Positions 1 to 13,315 of a stretch of DNA of 64,000 nucleotides are shown piece after piece. The notes under the pieces were generated by a model that searched no databases, was not told the origin of the DNA, and saw only the letters and a list, made by a program, of their open reading frames with translations. The stretch comes from Octopus vulgaris (taxonomy: Eukaryota), in the NCBI GenBank assembly GCA_951406725.2, contig OX597830.1, positions 53,196,001 to 53,260,000 of the forward strand, given 5' to 3'. The position numbers and the translations under genes were made by a program. The stretch's first letter is position 1; each line of letters opens with the position of its first letter.

Positions 1-2188
1 GTGTTGCTTTTCTTTTGTCTGCCTACTAGTTAAGTTTCTGCTGAAAGCAAGGCAATAATTGCTAATTAGATTCATTTTGAAGCCTTTCTCTAATAATTGA
101 AATGAATAAAGTGGTTTGTGGTGCTGTCAGTCAGTTAACAGAATTGGTGGAACAGCATTTTGTATGTTTGGGGGGGGGGGTATGGGTCGTATCTGAACCC
201 TAGACTGACTACATTTACAGTAGTGAAACATACTTCTGATTTCAAGTGTTGCTGGGATTGACATTTTTCATCTCTTTGTGGTGATAAAAGATGCATCAGT
301 AATACAATGGTTTCATATGGGCTGTTCCTGAAGTAACTGGCTTTGTATTAGATGAGAGTATTTGGTCAGTATAGATACATTTTAGTGGATTGTTTTTCTA
401 TCAATCACTTCTTTCTTCTCTATCTTTTATTTAACTTCAGCTGTCAGAGGATCTATTCCTGAACATAGTATTTTTATCTTAAGCCTGTAAAGATTTACTA
501 TTGCTGCCATTTCAAGCAGGCGGCCTAGAGCTTTAACTCTTATTTGCCAGTGGTGATGAAACCCGGTCCTGGCCCAGTATTTAAGTCATTTTATCCAAGT
601 TATCTACAAGTGAATAAGAGACCTTTGTTTTGCTGAATGAATGCTGTGGTTCTTTCTCTCTCTCCCTACCTGCTCCCTATTCTTCTTTTGTCCCCCTCTC
701 TTGACATTGCCTGGTTTGTGTGTTTTCTATAAATTACTATTTTCCTTGTTATCTGGTTGCCAAATAAGCAGTTAGCTTAGCCTACCACAGGAGTTCCAGG
801 CTTGATTCTGCAGTAGTCTTCATTTGTTTCGGATAATTGAAATATATTTGGCATGAATAAATAATACTTCTGGATTTTTAGATGTAAAGTAAATATATAG
901 ATTTTCTCTTTATATTTTTAAACTCTTAACAAACCGTAGTTGCTATGAAAATGTCTCTTGATAAACAAAAACAATCCTTCTACCAAGAATTTTAACATTC
1001 CACTTTCTACTAATCAAAACTTCAAAAAAAAAAAAAATTCCCTTTTAAATGCTGCCTTTTTTTTTTTTTTTTTTTTTTGTGATTCTCACAAATTAAAATT
1101 TTCAATTTTTTTTCTTCATATTGATCTAAGTTATTTCAAACTATTTTTGAAATGTGAACATTTGTAATATCTTGTTTGAAGCAGACAATAAGTTGCTCTT
1201 CAGTTTTGCCAGTCCTATGGACTAGTAATACATGCAATGGTATGTGTATGCACATACACACACACATGCATACATATATACAGTTCTTTTGAATTTTGTG
1301 AGCTGATATTTTTTTCTTTGTTGGGCTCTGAAAATCTGTAAAAAAAAAAGTTTTATATCTGTTGTGAAGCTCAATTTTAATCTGCTATGCAAATTCCCCA
1401 CCCCCTCCCCCATGTTTGACCCCTCTCCCTTAACTCATAGCATCCTTCTACCCATCCATTTTAAATAAGCTGAAATTTTAATGAAACTGCAATAAAGCCA
1501 ATTTTCTGGTGACACTTGTTCATTTACTTGTGCTTTTTCTTCCACTCTTTTTCGTAGCCCATTTGTCAAGAATCCAACCACTTCAGTTATACAGGCTGGA
1601 GGTTCATAATGGTAGGTGGCCACAAATTCCCACAGTGGGAAGCAGTGTTGTTCTGATAACAGCAGTCTTCCAACAGTATCTGTACATTTGTCTCTCAAGT
1701 CAGCTCTGATTGACCACATCATCATAGGAGCTCTGGCTATGACCACCACCTAATATTTTCAGACTCCATTGTCCAATCTGCCCTTCCTCTTTTCAAGATG
1801 CTCAGGGCAGTTTGAGACATTTTTGTCATTGTTCAATGTCAGATTTATATCCATGGTTCTGGTGTACAGTTTACAACACCTGCTTTTTAGGGAGCTTTCC
1901 TTTGAGACTGCAGCACCTTTATTTTACAAAAGAAAAAAGAAAATCATGGGTTGAACAGTTTTACAGTTATCTGTTAAAGGAGAGTATCAACTCTTATCTC
2001 CATACTAATGACAAGAACTGAAGCTGGCATCTCTTGTTTAAGGTGGAGTAAAATCAAATGCCTTATAAATTAGACTGGATAATTTGCATTTATCTGATAA
2101 ATATAAAAATTCAGCAATAATATGAAATATACAAAAAATAATAACAGGCATTGTAGTGTTTTATTTATTTTTTCTTCTTTTTACTTCT

Positions 2189-2922
2189 TTAATAAAAACC
2201 AGGATTGGTGTGTTCGATGATGCAGAAACGACAATTCTTTTTCACAGTCCGGTAAGCATCAACAGACAGGTGACAGTCTTGAATGTTTAATTGTTGCAGA
2301 TGGCGACAGTGTTCCGCCAACAACATAATTCCTCGGTCGGTAATTGCAAAGCAAGATTTCACACTCAAGCGTTTCAAATGTGGAGCATGTTTAGCTAAGA
2401 TAAATAAACCTCTGTCCGTGATATCACATTTGCCAACGTCCAAAGACCTAAGACGGTGGCATCGTTTGACGACACGCTCAAGCGAGTCATCGGATATGGC
2501 CTCGCAGCCACGACAGTTCAAATAGCGCAGTTTCAGACTGTGCTGTGCAATGTATTTTATGCCAACATCTGAGATTTTGTCACACTTTGCTATACTCAAG
2601 TAGCGAAGATCAGGTTCCATTCGAGACAGTTCCATGATGCCAAAATCTGTGATGTTTGGGCAGTCGCTGATGCTAAGGTCTTTTAGGCCTGTACAACTAG
2701 CAGTAAGATGCTGCAAACCTTTGTCTGTTATTTGAGAGCATCGGCGTAGGTAGAGAAACTGGAGTCGAGAGCAGTGAAGGGCCAGAATCTCAAGTCCATT
2801 GTCGTCCAGATGACAGCAATCTGACATATCTAAATATAATAGATAAACTTGTTGAAGGTAGTGGGCTGATGGTCGTACAAGGATTGAGTTGGCTAAACTG
2901 ATTGACGTGATGTTCAAACAGC
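2189..2922 (-). CDS. FBXL7: FBXL7 last coding exon (cysteine-containing LRRs, C-terminus ...IIEHTNPGFY*)
   Basis: The ORF encodes tandem LRR-CC repeats (LYLDMSDC, LQFLYLRRC, LRYLSIAKC, LRYLNCRGC, LRSLDVGKC) and ends in EHTNPGFY, close to the vertebrate FBXL7 end EHTNPAFF. The acceptor ttttcatttgttttccag precedes 2922; phase 1 (G|GC = Gly). Stop TAA at 2189-2191. Confidence 0.95.
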
Positions 2923-5900
2923 CTGGAAAACAAATGAAAATATCATTAATATCATCGTTAGTGACGGGTGATAGAGGACAAGACAAAAGTAGTGGTAATA
3001 AATTAAGTAGCTTTACCTCCTAAGTCCATCGTAGACTTTGCTTTTTGTCATTCTGGAGTTAGAGAAAGAAATACTAGGGGGTGGTGTAATTAATTATACC
3101 CTCTGCCAAATATATAAGGATTTTGGTCCTTATAAATCATTACCTTTATTATTATTATTATTATCAAGGAGGTGAGCTGGCAAAAATCATTAGCATTTCT
3201 TCCAGCTCTTTATGTCCTGACTTCAACTTATCCTTTCATTCTTTCTGGGTCATCTAATTAAGAACCACCTGAATGCTGGAGTTAATGTAATCGACTGGCC
3301 CCTCCCCACAAAATTTCAGGCCTGCAGCAGAAAGAATTATTAAGGTGGCAAGCCAGTAAAATTGTTATTGCATTGGACAAAATGCTTAGTGGTATTTCTT
3401 TGGCTTTTTACATTCTGAGTTTAAATTCTGTTGAGGCGAGCTTTGCCTTTCATTCTGCCATGGTTGATAAAATAAGTACCAGTTGAGTAGAGGAGTCAAT
3501 GTAATTGGCTATTCCCCTCCCCTAAAATTGCTGGCATTAGACTAAAATTTGAAACCAATATAATTATTAATAAGGCACAGGAGTGGCTATGTGGTAAGTA
3601 GCTTGCTTACCAACCACATGGTTCCGGGTTCATTCCCACTGCGTGGTACCTTGGACAAGTGTCTTCTACTATAGCCTTGTGAGTGGATTTGATAGACGGA
3701 AACTGAAAGAAGCCCATCATATATGTATGTGTGTTCGACTAAAGGCAGTGCTCCAGCATGGCTTCAGTCAAATGACTGAAACAAGTAAAAGATAAAAGAG
3801 AAGGTTGTGAGCCAACAGAATTGCAAACATGTCAGACAAAATCTTTAGTAGCACTTCTCGCTCTTTCCATTCTGAGTTCAAATTCTGCCAAAGTCAACTT
3901 AACCTTTCGTCCTTTCAGGATCGATAAAATCAGTACCAGCTGAGTACTGAGGAATGGGTTTGTGTGTGAAATTAAATTGACTAGTCTCCCCCACCCTGCA
4001 AAATTATTCCAGGCCTTGTGCCTATGTTAGGAAAAATTATTATTGGAAAGGCAATATTTCTATACTCCCCACCACCACCACCACCACTAACTTTTTTTTA
4101 AGCAAAAGGGATGGATATACTGAATAGAAATTATCTTTCAGTTTCAATTTCAGCCTAGGGCTATAGTAGAAGATACTTACTCAAAGTGGGACTGAACTTG
4201 AGATCTCATGGTTAGGAAGTACACTTATTTCTTTATTGCCCATAAGGATCTAAACATAGAAGGGATTAAGTTGATTAGATCAACCCCCAGTGCGTAACTG
4301 GTACTTAATTTATCAACTCTGAAAGGATGAAAGGCAAAGTCGACCTCGGCGGAATTTGAACCCAGAATGTAGCGGCAGACGAAATTACTGCTGAGCATTT
4401 CGTCCAGCTCGCCGCCTTCATGGAAGTACACTTGTAACTACATATCCATGTCTGCATCATTTTATATATAATTTACACAATAGAAAATTATTAAATGAAG
4501 TATAGAATTTGGGTTTATTTTTCACATTTTGGTAAAAATTATTTTATTTTTGTGGTACATTATGTGCTGCATTTTGGTAATCTTGGCACCAGTCTCACCA
4601 GATCTTGTGACGCCCTTGGCTATATCTTGCACTACCCAATTTTACGACTTGTAGCACACAGGGCCATATCTTATTGCACACGAGGTCATATCCTGTGGCA
4701 CACTGGGCTACATCCCGTGCAACCCTCAGCCACATCCTGTGCCACTCTTGGCCAAATTTTGTACCACCCAAAGAAACATTTGGGAACCACTGCTGTAGGT
4801 ACTTGGTTGCTCAACCTGCTGTAAACAGCCGTCCCAAATCCCACCTTGCTGCCTTAAAGAAAAAGGACAATATGGTTCTTTACATACAAAGAAACAAGAT
4901 GGTCATAATAGAGATACTTTTCATTTTCAGTCTGCCTGATCAAGACTGACCTGGGGCTAAACAACCACTATCGATCACTCATGTTTACAATTGAATTCCC
5001 AGACTATACAAACAATCTGGAGTCATAGTGCTGTTGCTGTTGAGTGAACGGTCTTCGTCCCAGAGCTTGCATGATGGGAGAAGTCCGAAACGTGGTCCTT
5101 TGCTATTCGTAAGACCCGCAGAAGAGAAAGCAGGTCAACTCCCGACACCAAAAGCATCGACGGATGGATGAATGCGCATTCAGGCTCAGCGGTTGCGTAG
5201 GAAGTCGGGGACAAGAAACAGGAAGAAAGTTGGAGCGAAAGAGTACAACAGGGGTCGCCACCGCCCCCTGCCGGAGCCTCGTTGAGCTTTGGGTGTTTTC
5301 GCTCAATAAACACACACAATGCCCGGTCTGGGAATCGAAACCGCGAGTCCGCTGCCCTAACCACTGGGCCATTGCACTCCACTGCTGTTGGTGCTGCAGC
5401 TGCTTTCCACCTCCTTCAATAGACGGCTGACCTACACTAGAAAACAGTAGAGTTGAATTGCTTCTAACTAACACTCCAGATTCTATTACCCATGAGTTAT
5501 CGTTGGTTTCAAATTTTGACACAAGGTCAGCAACTTTGGGGCTGGAGCTAAGTCGATTACATTGAACCTAGTACTCAACTCGGACTTATTTTATTGAATG
5601 AAAGGCAAAGTTGACCTTGGCAGAATTTGAACCCAGAATCTGACGATGGATGAAATGCTGCTAAGCACTTTGCCCAGCATGCTAACAATTCTGCCAGCTC
5701 GCCACCTTCTGTTACCCTTAATATTAATTATACTTTTTTGATATCTAATGGCTCATTTCTAGGTGATACTATTCAAGAATCACACAGAAATAACAACCAA
5801 ATTTCCCTCAAATCATGCCCTGTTGTCTTAAAGCAAGAATGAAATCATTGGACCTGGATGGTCAAAAGTGGAATGCCTATGATCATAAGTCTTCCTGATT

Positions 5901-7774
5901 AGGGCTGACCTACAGCTAAACAACAACCACTAATTGGTATTTAATGAGCTAAAATGAGAGTTTCTTTGTGGTTGCTCAACCAGTTAGAGATAGCAGCCAA
6001 ATCTCCCTCACACTACACTTGGCTATCTTAATAATTGGAGGACACAGAGAATGTAGCCTTGGATAGACTATGCCTGGTGGTGGGGGGAGATGAAAGGCTG
6101 ATCACAGTAGGAATGTCCTTGATTGTAAAGTCTGTTGGATCAGTTGTAACTGATGTCAACATCTTTGTTACAAAAATACCCTACTACAATATTCACTACC
6201 CCACCATCTCCACCACAATACCACTACAACACTAGAATGTCATATTAGTAACACCACCATAATCCTACACTAGAACCACCACCACCACTGCAACAACATT
6301 AGAATCTCCTATCAACACTATCGGCACATTATTCTCAATGACAATAACCACCACCACCACTACTACCAATACAGAATCAAACTCCCATACTACTAACAAC
6401 ACCTACATAGCATAACCTAATAAGGGGACAGACATTCCAGCAAGAAGGCAGGTAGCCAGCAACTAAAGAGTGGTTTGGAGAGGCTCACTCACTGCCACTA
6501 CCATCACCACTATCCCCCCACTGTCCACTTCAGTCATTTCTGTCTAAATCTCAAGTGGATGAACAAGTAGTGGGGAGGGGGGGAGAATGTGAAACGCAAC
6601 ACACACACACACACACACACAATACTAAATTCATACACTCTAAACATACACATGAACATATGCACACAATACAAAAATACACTAAACATACACATGTAAA
6701 CACACACACACACACACTAAGCACATTAAACACATGCATTATATACACACAATCCTACTTGCACACACAGGAAAATAGAAAGAAGTGAATTGAAGGCTCT
6801 CTATATATAGATGGTTTATGAAGGTTTATTGTATCTAGATGGTGGTGGAATAGAAGGGGGCATACTGAAAAAAAATGTCTCCACAGACATACCCACATGC
6901 CTCTCATATACTCACATAGACTTAGTACAAATATGCAAAGCTTTCCTTGACATAACACTCATATATAGAGTTGGCCATGGTATAAGTAGAAATAGCCAAG
7001 TGAATAAAAAAAATGGACTTCTAGTCTCTGAATACAATTTTAACACAACATATCCATGAAGAGATTTTCTCTCAGGCAAAACCCACAGTATCACGCCTTG
7101 AAAAGATTTTTTTTCAGACAAAACTCACAGTATACCTTTCAAAGGTGTATATATATATATATACATACATACACATGTATATACATATATATCATCATCA
7201 TCATTTAATGTTCGCTTTCCATGCTAGCATGGACGATTTTGACTGAGGGCTGGCAAACCAGATGGCTGCACCAGGCTCCAATCTTGATTTGGCAGAGTTT
7301 CTACAGCTGGATGCCCTTCCTAACGCCAACCACTCCAAGAGTGTAGTGGGTGATATATATATATATGTATATATTTAGAATGCTATACAAATGGCCTCTA
7401 CAGCTGCCAAAAATTAGTAGTACCCATATTTCAAACGGCCAATCTTGTCACATTCTGTGCCACACTGAATTTCTATAAAAACTATGTTAAGGGTACGTGT
7501 GTTTGTGGAATGCTCAGCCACTTGCATGTTAATTTCATGAGCAGGTTGTTCTGTTGATTGGATCAACGGGGACCCTTAACATTGTAAACAAGGAAATGCC
7601 GTTACAGATTTTTTTGCTTTGTGTCAATATATGTCAGTGTTCAACTCCGGTTTTAGTCTTACATTTTCTAAGGTGATGAGGAGTTACCAACAATAGACTA
7701 ATATCCTATTTTGGTAATATCAATGAAATACGTACACACTGAAGTGTCTCCTTGTTTTGATTTTTAACAACTTA

Positions 7775-8130
7775 CCAGTGCTGGTGGCACGTATACCAGT
7801 GCCGGTGGCACGTATACCAGTGCCGGTGGCACGTAAAAGAACCATCCGAACGTGGCTGTTGCCAGTGTCACCTCGATTGGCCTCCATGCCGGTGGCACGT
7901 AAAAAGCACCAACCGATCAGCCGTTGCCAGCCTTGCCTGGCACCTGTGCTGGTGGCATGTAAAAAGCACCCACTACACTCACGGAGTGGTTGGCGTTAGG
8001 AAGGGCATCCAGCTGTAGAAACACTGCCAGATCAGACTGGGCCTAGTGCAGCCTCCTGGCTTCCCAGACCCCAGTCAAACCGTCAAACCTGTGCTAGCAT
8101 GGAAAGCGGACGTTAAACAATGATGATGAT
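7775..8130 (+). repeat. Family A retroposon (tandem gtgccggtggcacgtaaaaagcacc modules, ggcgttaggaagggcatccagctgtag core, (GAT)n tail)
   Basis: Many copies: 7195-7352(-), 15916-16240(-), 18895-19196(+), 22835-23232(+), 29998-30250(-), 33745-34263(+), 39984-40155(-), 40630-40897(+), 50460-50978(+), 51456-51985(-), 53005-53525(-), 62167-62620(-), plus fragments. Confidence 0.9.
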
Positions 8131-9333
8131 ATGTGATTTAGTGGAGGATATCCATAACCCATTGATATAGTCGATTGGAACTAGGGTGAATGAAGACGAC
8201 TCCCTTGTTGAAGGGTACAACAAAATGTCAGCATCAGAATACGTATGAACCCAGGAGCTCAGATATTAAATGTCATCCATGCAGTGTAATCACAGTCAAT
8301 CAATCTATGATGTGATGGAAATATTTGATTGTGTGATAACAGGCTCAATATACATTATAATAAATTTATTAAGAGAAAAAGAATACAAAATTTCAGCAAA
8401 GTTTGTGTGCAGATAAAAACCCATCCAGTCTTATTAAGTAAGAGTCTTTAGAGTATGAATGGAGACAGAAGATGTCCAAATGATTGCAAACAGTTCTTGA
8501 GAAGACCAATACTTGAGAGAAAGCTTGCATTGCCTCAGCTGTAAAACCTCTCAGTATCTTTCATATCGTAAGAATCCATTTGGATAAACATATGCATGAA
8601 TTTGAAACAAATACTTTGCTTGGTTCAGCAAGTATAGGCAAAGTGAAGGGGAAATAGGTAACGTCTTTTAGCATATGGCTTCATAAGCTTCTTTTTTATT
8701 GGTGGAAAAGATTCTCTCAGGTGCACTGATTTGATTAATCAGAACCAGTGTTAGTCACGACTATGGTCAGGCTCTGACTTTGAACATATGCTGACGTTTT
8801 TTATTGAATGGCATATTTTATAAAATATTTTAAAATTAAAAAATAAACTTAGGGACTGAACCAAACATTGCCATACCTATGCTTGATACCACTGCTCTAA
8901 ACTAACATACTATATTTCTATTTCCATCCAATCACGCCGTTATGTATTAGTCCTTCCTCATCTTGTAATCCACTAAAATAGTTGATCCTTCAAACTCTAC
9001 ATTAAATACTAATTCATCCTACTTTCTCCTGCTACAACTACAATCTCTCTCCCATGAAACTCTTATTTTGCCCATGTTTTCTGTACACAACAGGGCTTCA
9101 GCCAGATCAGCTTCCACTTTCTGGAAAGCCCTGCACAGTTTATGGCCACTAACCCTCCTCTTCCTCCTCACTAAATAGTTAGTCCTTATGTTGCTAATTA
9201 ATCTGAAGTCAATTTAGAGAGTATAATCGACCCCACTACATAACTGGTACTTTAGTAATATCAATGATCAAACACAAAAACTGACATCAGTGAAATTTGA
9301 ACTGGGAATGTACCAGCACATAACTAAATACCC

Positions 9334-9563
9334 ATTTCTTTACTACCCACAAGGGGCTAAACACAGACGGGACAAACAAGGACAGACAAAGGGATTAAGT
9401 CGATTATATCGACCCCAGTGCATAACTGGTACTTAATTTATTGACCCCAAAAGGATGAAAGGCAAAGTCGACATTGGCGAAATTTGAACTCAGAACGTAA
9501 CGGCAGACGAAATACGGCTACGCATTTCGCCTGGTGTGCTAATGTTCTGTCAGCTTGCCCCCT
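9334..9563 (-). repeat. Family C tRNA-like SINE with gcctttcatcctttcggggtcgataaattaagtaccag core (Deu/Nin-domain-like)
   Basis: Copies at about 3168-3330, 3343-3560, 3822-4035, 4226-4417(-), 5505-5707(-), 13515-13620, 38460-38670(-), 52270-52473(-), 57570-57750(-). The domain assignment is from memory of the consensus. Confidence 0.8.
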
Positions 9564-9702
9564 TAAATACCACTAAAACATTTAGTCCAAAGTTTCAACC
9601 AATTTTCACTGTAAAACCTCTCTTCAGAGTAAAGGATAGATTAAATGCAAAAATAAAAAAAATAACCTCAATAAAAGTGAAAAAAGAAGACTGTACACCT
9701 AC

Positions 9703-10467
9703 CTGAGACATTCAGATACTCCAGGTTAACACAGTTCGATATAAGGTCAAAGAGGGCAGAATTAGTTATATTACTGCAATTGTGGACTTCCAGCTTTCGA
9801 AGCTCTGGACAGCGTTTGGAAATGGTGTGCAGTCCTTTGTCAGTAAGTTTTTCACAGTTGTTGACATTGATTCTTTCAATAATCACACAAACTGATGGTG
9901 TATTATAGCTGAGTTGTTTGGTAAGGCACCGTAGTGCTTTGTCCACTTCCAGCGTTATGCTGTTTAATACAATGCTTGTCCAGAGGGTTGGGTCCCAGCT
10001 CAGACGGTACCACAGCTTGCAAACACGTGAGCACTTGCACAGCTGGTTCGTTGTCAGGTTTGAAAAAATTTTCACAATGATGTCATCGCTAAGATATTGA
10101 AAAGGGGAACTACGGGATTGGGATTTGCTTTTTTTCATACCAAGCATGAGTTTAGGGGGTTTTTCAAGGTGAATTCGGTTTAGTTTGGCATTGATGATGT
10201 CCACATTAGGGAAACTTCCCAAAGAAGAAGTGTTGTTATTCACATTATTATGATGATTTGTCAGATTGTGCATAAGAGTCTGATTTTTGTTTTGCCTGAC
10301 ACAAGATTTACTATACACGGTTGGTGTTGCCGTCGGAGACGACCACCCAGAATGTCTACTGTCCAATAATGACTCTGATGAAGAATATGATCCCTTGAAT
10401 GTAGACGTTGTTGTAGATACAACCCCAGAGCTTGAGTCTTGAAGGGATTCTCCATTCTGGTCTGGAT
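9703..10467 (-). CDS. FBXL7: FBXL7 F-box exon (Ser/Asn-rich N-terminal part, F-box, first LRRs)
   Basis: Encodes LSDDIIVKIFSNLTTNQLCKCSRVCKLWYRLSWDPTLW (F-box) and VDKALRCLTKQLSYNTPSVC, matching FBXL7. Acceptor atatttcag|AT at 10467; donor TCAG|gtaggt at 9703/9702. 765 nt, phase 1-1, and splices in frame to the last exon (LNVSG|CLNIT). Confidence 0.93.
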
Positions 10468-11306
10468 CTGAAATATACATTATTATTTTTATCATTATCA
10501 TCATCATCATCATAATAACATCATTATCACTAGAGTACCCAAACCATCAATAATGATGGCAGGTGTTTTACCTAAACTTTGCATGCATGAATATTTGATA
10601 TTTCCAATTGATGTATTACTGAAAAATGTACATGATGAAAGTTGTTAATGAGAGTATGAGGATGTAAATAAAAATATCAAAATAACAGGAAAATAAGAAA
10701 ATTATATTTCTCATTCACCAAATATTATTCAGGTTTGGTTATTTTTAATATTGTACAATATGCTGTAGCCAATGACTCACTAATTATTCTACATTGTTAT
10801 TTTCTACAGTAAATGCTCTAATTTCACAAATGTACATGTTTATGTACTGAAAAAACTACCAAAATATATGCATATTTATACATGGCTACATGATTTTACA
10901 AACCAGTTATGTACATTTTCTGAAGGTTTTCAAGGGACAACAAGATTTAGTTTATGCAAAATCTGTGCATTTGTAAACATATTCAACACACTCCCATGCA
11001 AAAACTACAAAAGTATTGAAGCATTATTCTCATTTACTACAAAAGTTCCTGAAGAACTATATTTCTCGTATAGGTATGAGGAAGCACCAACACACCTTAG
11101 CCTTCTGTACTTCCAATCTGTAATTTCAAATCATTTGGTTTTTTTTTTGGAAATACATGTGTGTGCAGTGTAATAAGTCAATAGGCTGAAAGTGAATACA
11201 TGATACCTCTTAGCAAGGTGAATATAATAGGTAATAATAGGAAAATAAGTGTGTATAAAAATACATATAACATGTTAGATATATAGATAACACAGTGTAT
11301 CATATA

Positions 11307-11871
11307 CACTACCGTCAGAAATTAATTAGCACCCTTGATTTGCTCACCATGAAGCATGGTGGGGGTGGTCTGATGGTGTGAGGGGCGTTCAGCTACAGTG
11401 GTGTTGGGCGGCTCTATGCCGTCGAAGGCAACATCAACGCAGCAAAGTACGTTGAGATAGTACGGGATACCTCTTTGGTGGCGAGGAGTACGTGCTGGTC
11501 AGTCACCTGACCTGAACCCTATTGAGAACCTCTGGAGTCGATTGGGTAGGGATTTGAATGTGCAGCAATACAGGAACCGACACGAGCTGTTTGGGGCACT
11601 TCTTGCTGCATGAGGGGCCATCCCTGCACAGTACCTGCAGGCACTCATAGACAGCATGCCGACCCGCGTAGCAGCTGTCATTGCTGCCAAAGGAGGAGCA
11701 ACAAGATATTGACTAAATTTCACGATTAATAACAATTATGTGGTGTGCTGGGATATGTTTTAATAAATTTTTGATTAAAAACGAGTTCATTTCTGATAAT
11801 AAGTTAATTAAATTAAGAAAATGTAAGAAAATGTAGAAATTTGAGAAGTGCTAATTAATTTTCGACGATTT
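11307..11871 (+). mobile_element. Internally deleted Tc1-like element
   Basis: Degenerate TIRs cactaccgtcagaaattaattagcac / gtgctaattaattttcgacga. Internal frames read KHGGGGLMV*GAFSYSGVG and QSPDLNPIENLW, both Tc1 DD34E motifs. Confidence 0.85.
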
Positions 11872-12113
11872 ATCAATGAGGAAAAGGAGAAAATTGATCA
11901 TTGAAATTTATGAACCTAAGTTGAGTATTTGAGACAAAGAAAACAGCAGAACGAACTTTCAAATAAAAAAAAAAAAAATATATATATATATAAACAGAAC
12001 AACTCCAGCAGTAATGACAGCTTGTAATGAATAGTTTGGAAAGTAAATCATATGAAGTGGAACAACTTGAAATAGTTATGTGTAACAAAACAAAGTGTGT
12101 GGATATGTATACT

Positions 12114-12485
12114 CTTTTACTCGTTTCGGTCATTTGACTGCGGCCATGCAAATCGACCCCAGGACTTATTCTTTGTAAGCCCAGTACTTATTCTATCGGT
12201 CTCTTTTGCCGAACCGCTAAGTGACGGGGATGTAAACACACCAGCATCGGTTGTCAAGCAATGCTAGGGGGACAAACACAGACACACAAACATATACACA
12301 CACACTTATATATACATATATACGACAGGCTTCTTTCAGTTTCCGTCTACCAAATCCACTCACAAGACATTAGTCGGCCCGGGGCTATAGCAGAAGACAC
12401 TTGCCCAAGATGCCACGCAGTGGGACTGAACCCGGAACCATGTGGTTGGTTAGCAAGCTACTTACCACACAGCCACTCCTGCGCC
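12114..12485 (-). repeat. Family B tRNA-derived SINE
   Basis: Head ggcgcaggagtggctgtgtggtaag...ggttccgggttcagtccc with A/B-box-like motifs. Other copies at 3574-3798(+), 17968-18125(+), 19238-19395(-), 21520-21680(-), 29275-29435(-), 51070-51428(-), 55435-55600(+). Confidence 0.85.
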
Positions 12486-12516
<31 letters not shown>

Positions 12517-12641
12517 CTGTATAATTCCTCTATACAGATAAATTCCTGTATTTACATAATATCAAGGTTGCTTTCATTCTTTTGTTGTCTTACCATTTCT
12601 ATCAATATATTTATATATATATATACACACACGCATACACA

Positions 12642-13315
12642 CTGGGTCAAGTCAAATAATTTCTGTTTTCTGTAAGTAAATTGTAACAATGCATTTCGAA
12701 CCTCAACTGTTTAAAATTGAAATGGAAATTACCGTTTTAAAGAGACACAGCTGTCATTTATATTTAAGCAGTGAAAGTGTGCACATCCTATTTTAAATTT
12801 AAATTTCACTCCCCTAAAATGGATGAAGTGAAAGGGCATATTTCCCATGTGATGTTGTGAGAGTTTAAGAATGGAAAAAAAATGCCACAGAAACAGCTAA
12901 GAAAATATACAGTGTTTATGGTCATGGTGTCACGACTGACCGGTAAGTGCGAAATTGGTTTTCAAAGCTTCGTTCCAGAGATTTGTCACTGAGAAATCAA
13001 CTCAAACCAGGACACCCATTGGACTGCAATCAAGATGCTTTAAGAGAATTAGTGAAATTCAATCCTCATAAAAGTATTTGGGAGTTAGCAGTTGACCTCA
13101 ACACATCCCAATCCACTATCTGTGGCCACTTAGAAAAGCCAGCAAGCTGAGTGTTTGGGTTCCCCATATGTTTAGTGAGAGGAATAGGGAAGATTGCATG
13201 TCCATAGCAACAAGTATTTTTTCAGGCCAGAGAAATGTCCCGTTTCTCAATAATGTCATTATAGGTGGCAAGAAATGGGTCTTTTATGACAATGTTCAAT
13301 GCAAAAGGCAGTGGT
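12642..13315 (+). mobile_element. 5' half of a degenerate mariner
   Basis: Frameshifted transposase N-terminus: VRNWFSKLRS...LRELVKFNPHKSIWELA, then VWVPH, and IIGGKKWVFYDN (a decayed ITGDEKW motif). Confidence 0.75.

Noticed and set aside
1435-1749. 104-aa minus-strand ORF
   Set aside because: No recognisable motif; lies in the probable 3'UTR.
5061-5102. Hammerhead-like cagag-cttgcatgatgg-gga(gaag)tcc-GAAA-cgtg-GTC-ctttg in a SINE tail
   Set aside because: Stems, GAAA and GUC fit, but the CUGANGA box is absent; unsupported without a family alignment.
7775-7970. CRISPR-like repeat-spacer array
   Set aside because: Eukaryotic context, no cas genes, related spacers; these are internal modules of a dispersed retroposon.
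10468-10513. ORF start MMMMMIMIKIIMY as the FBXL7 N-terminus
   Set aside because: It is a (CAT)n microsatellite upstream of a clear splice acceptor at 10467.
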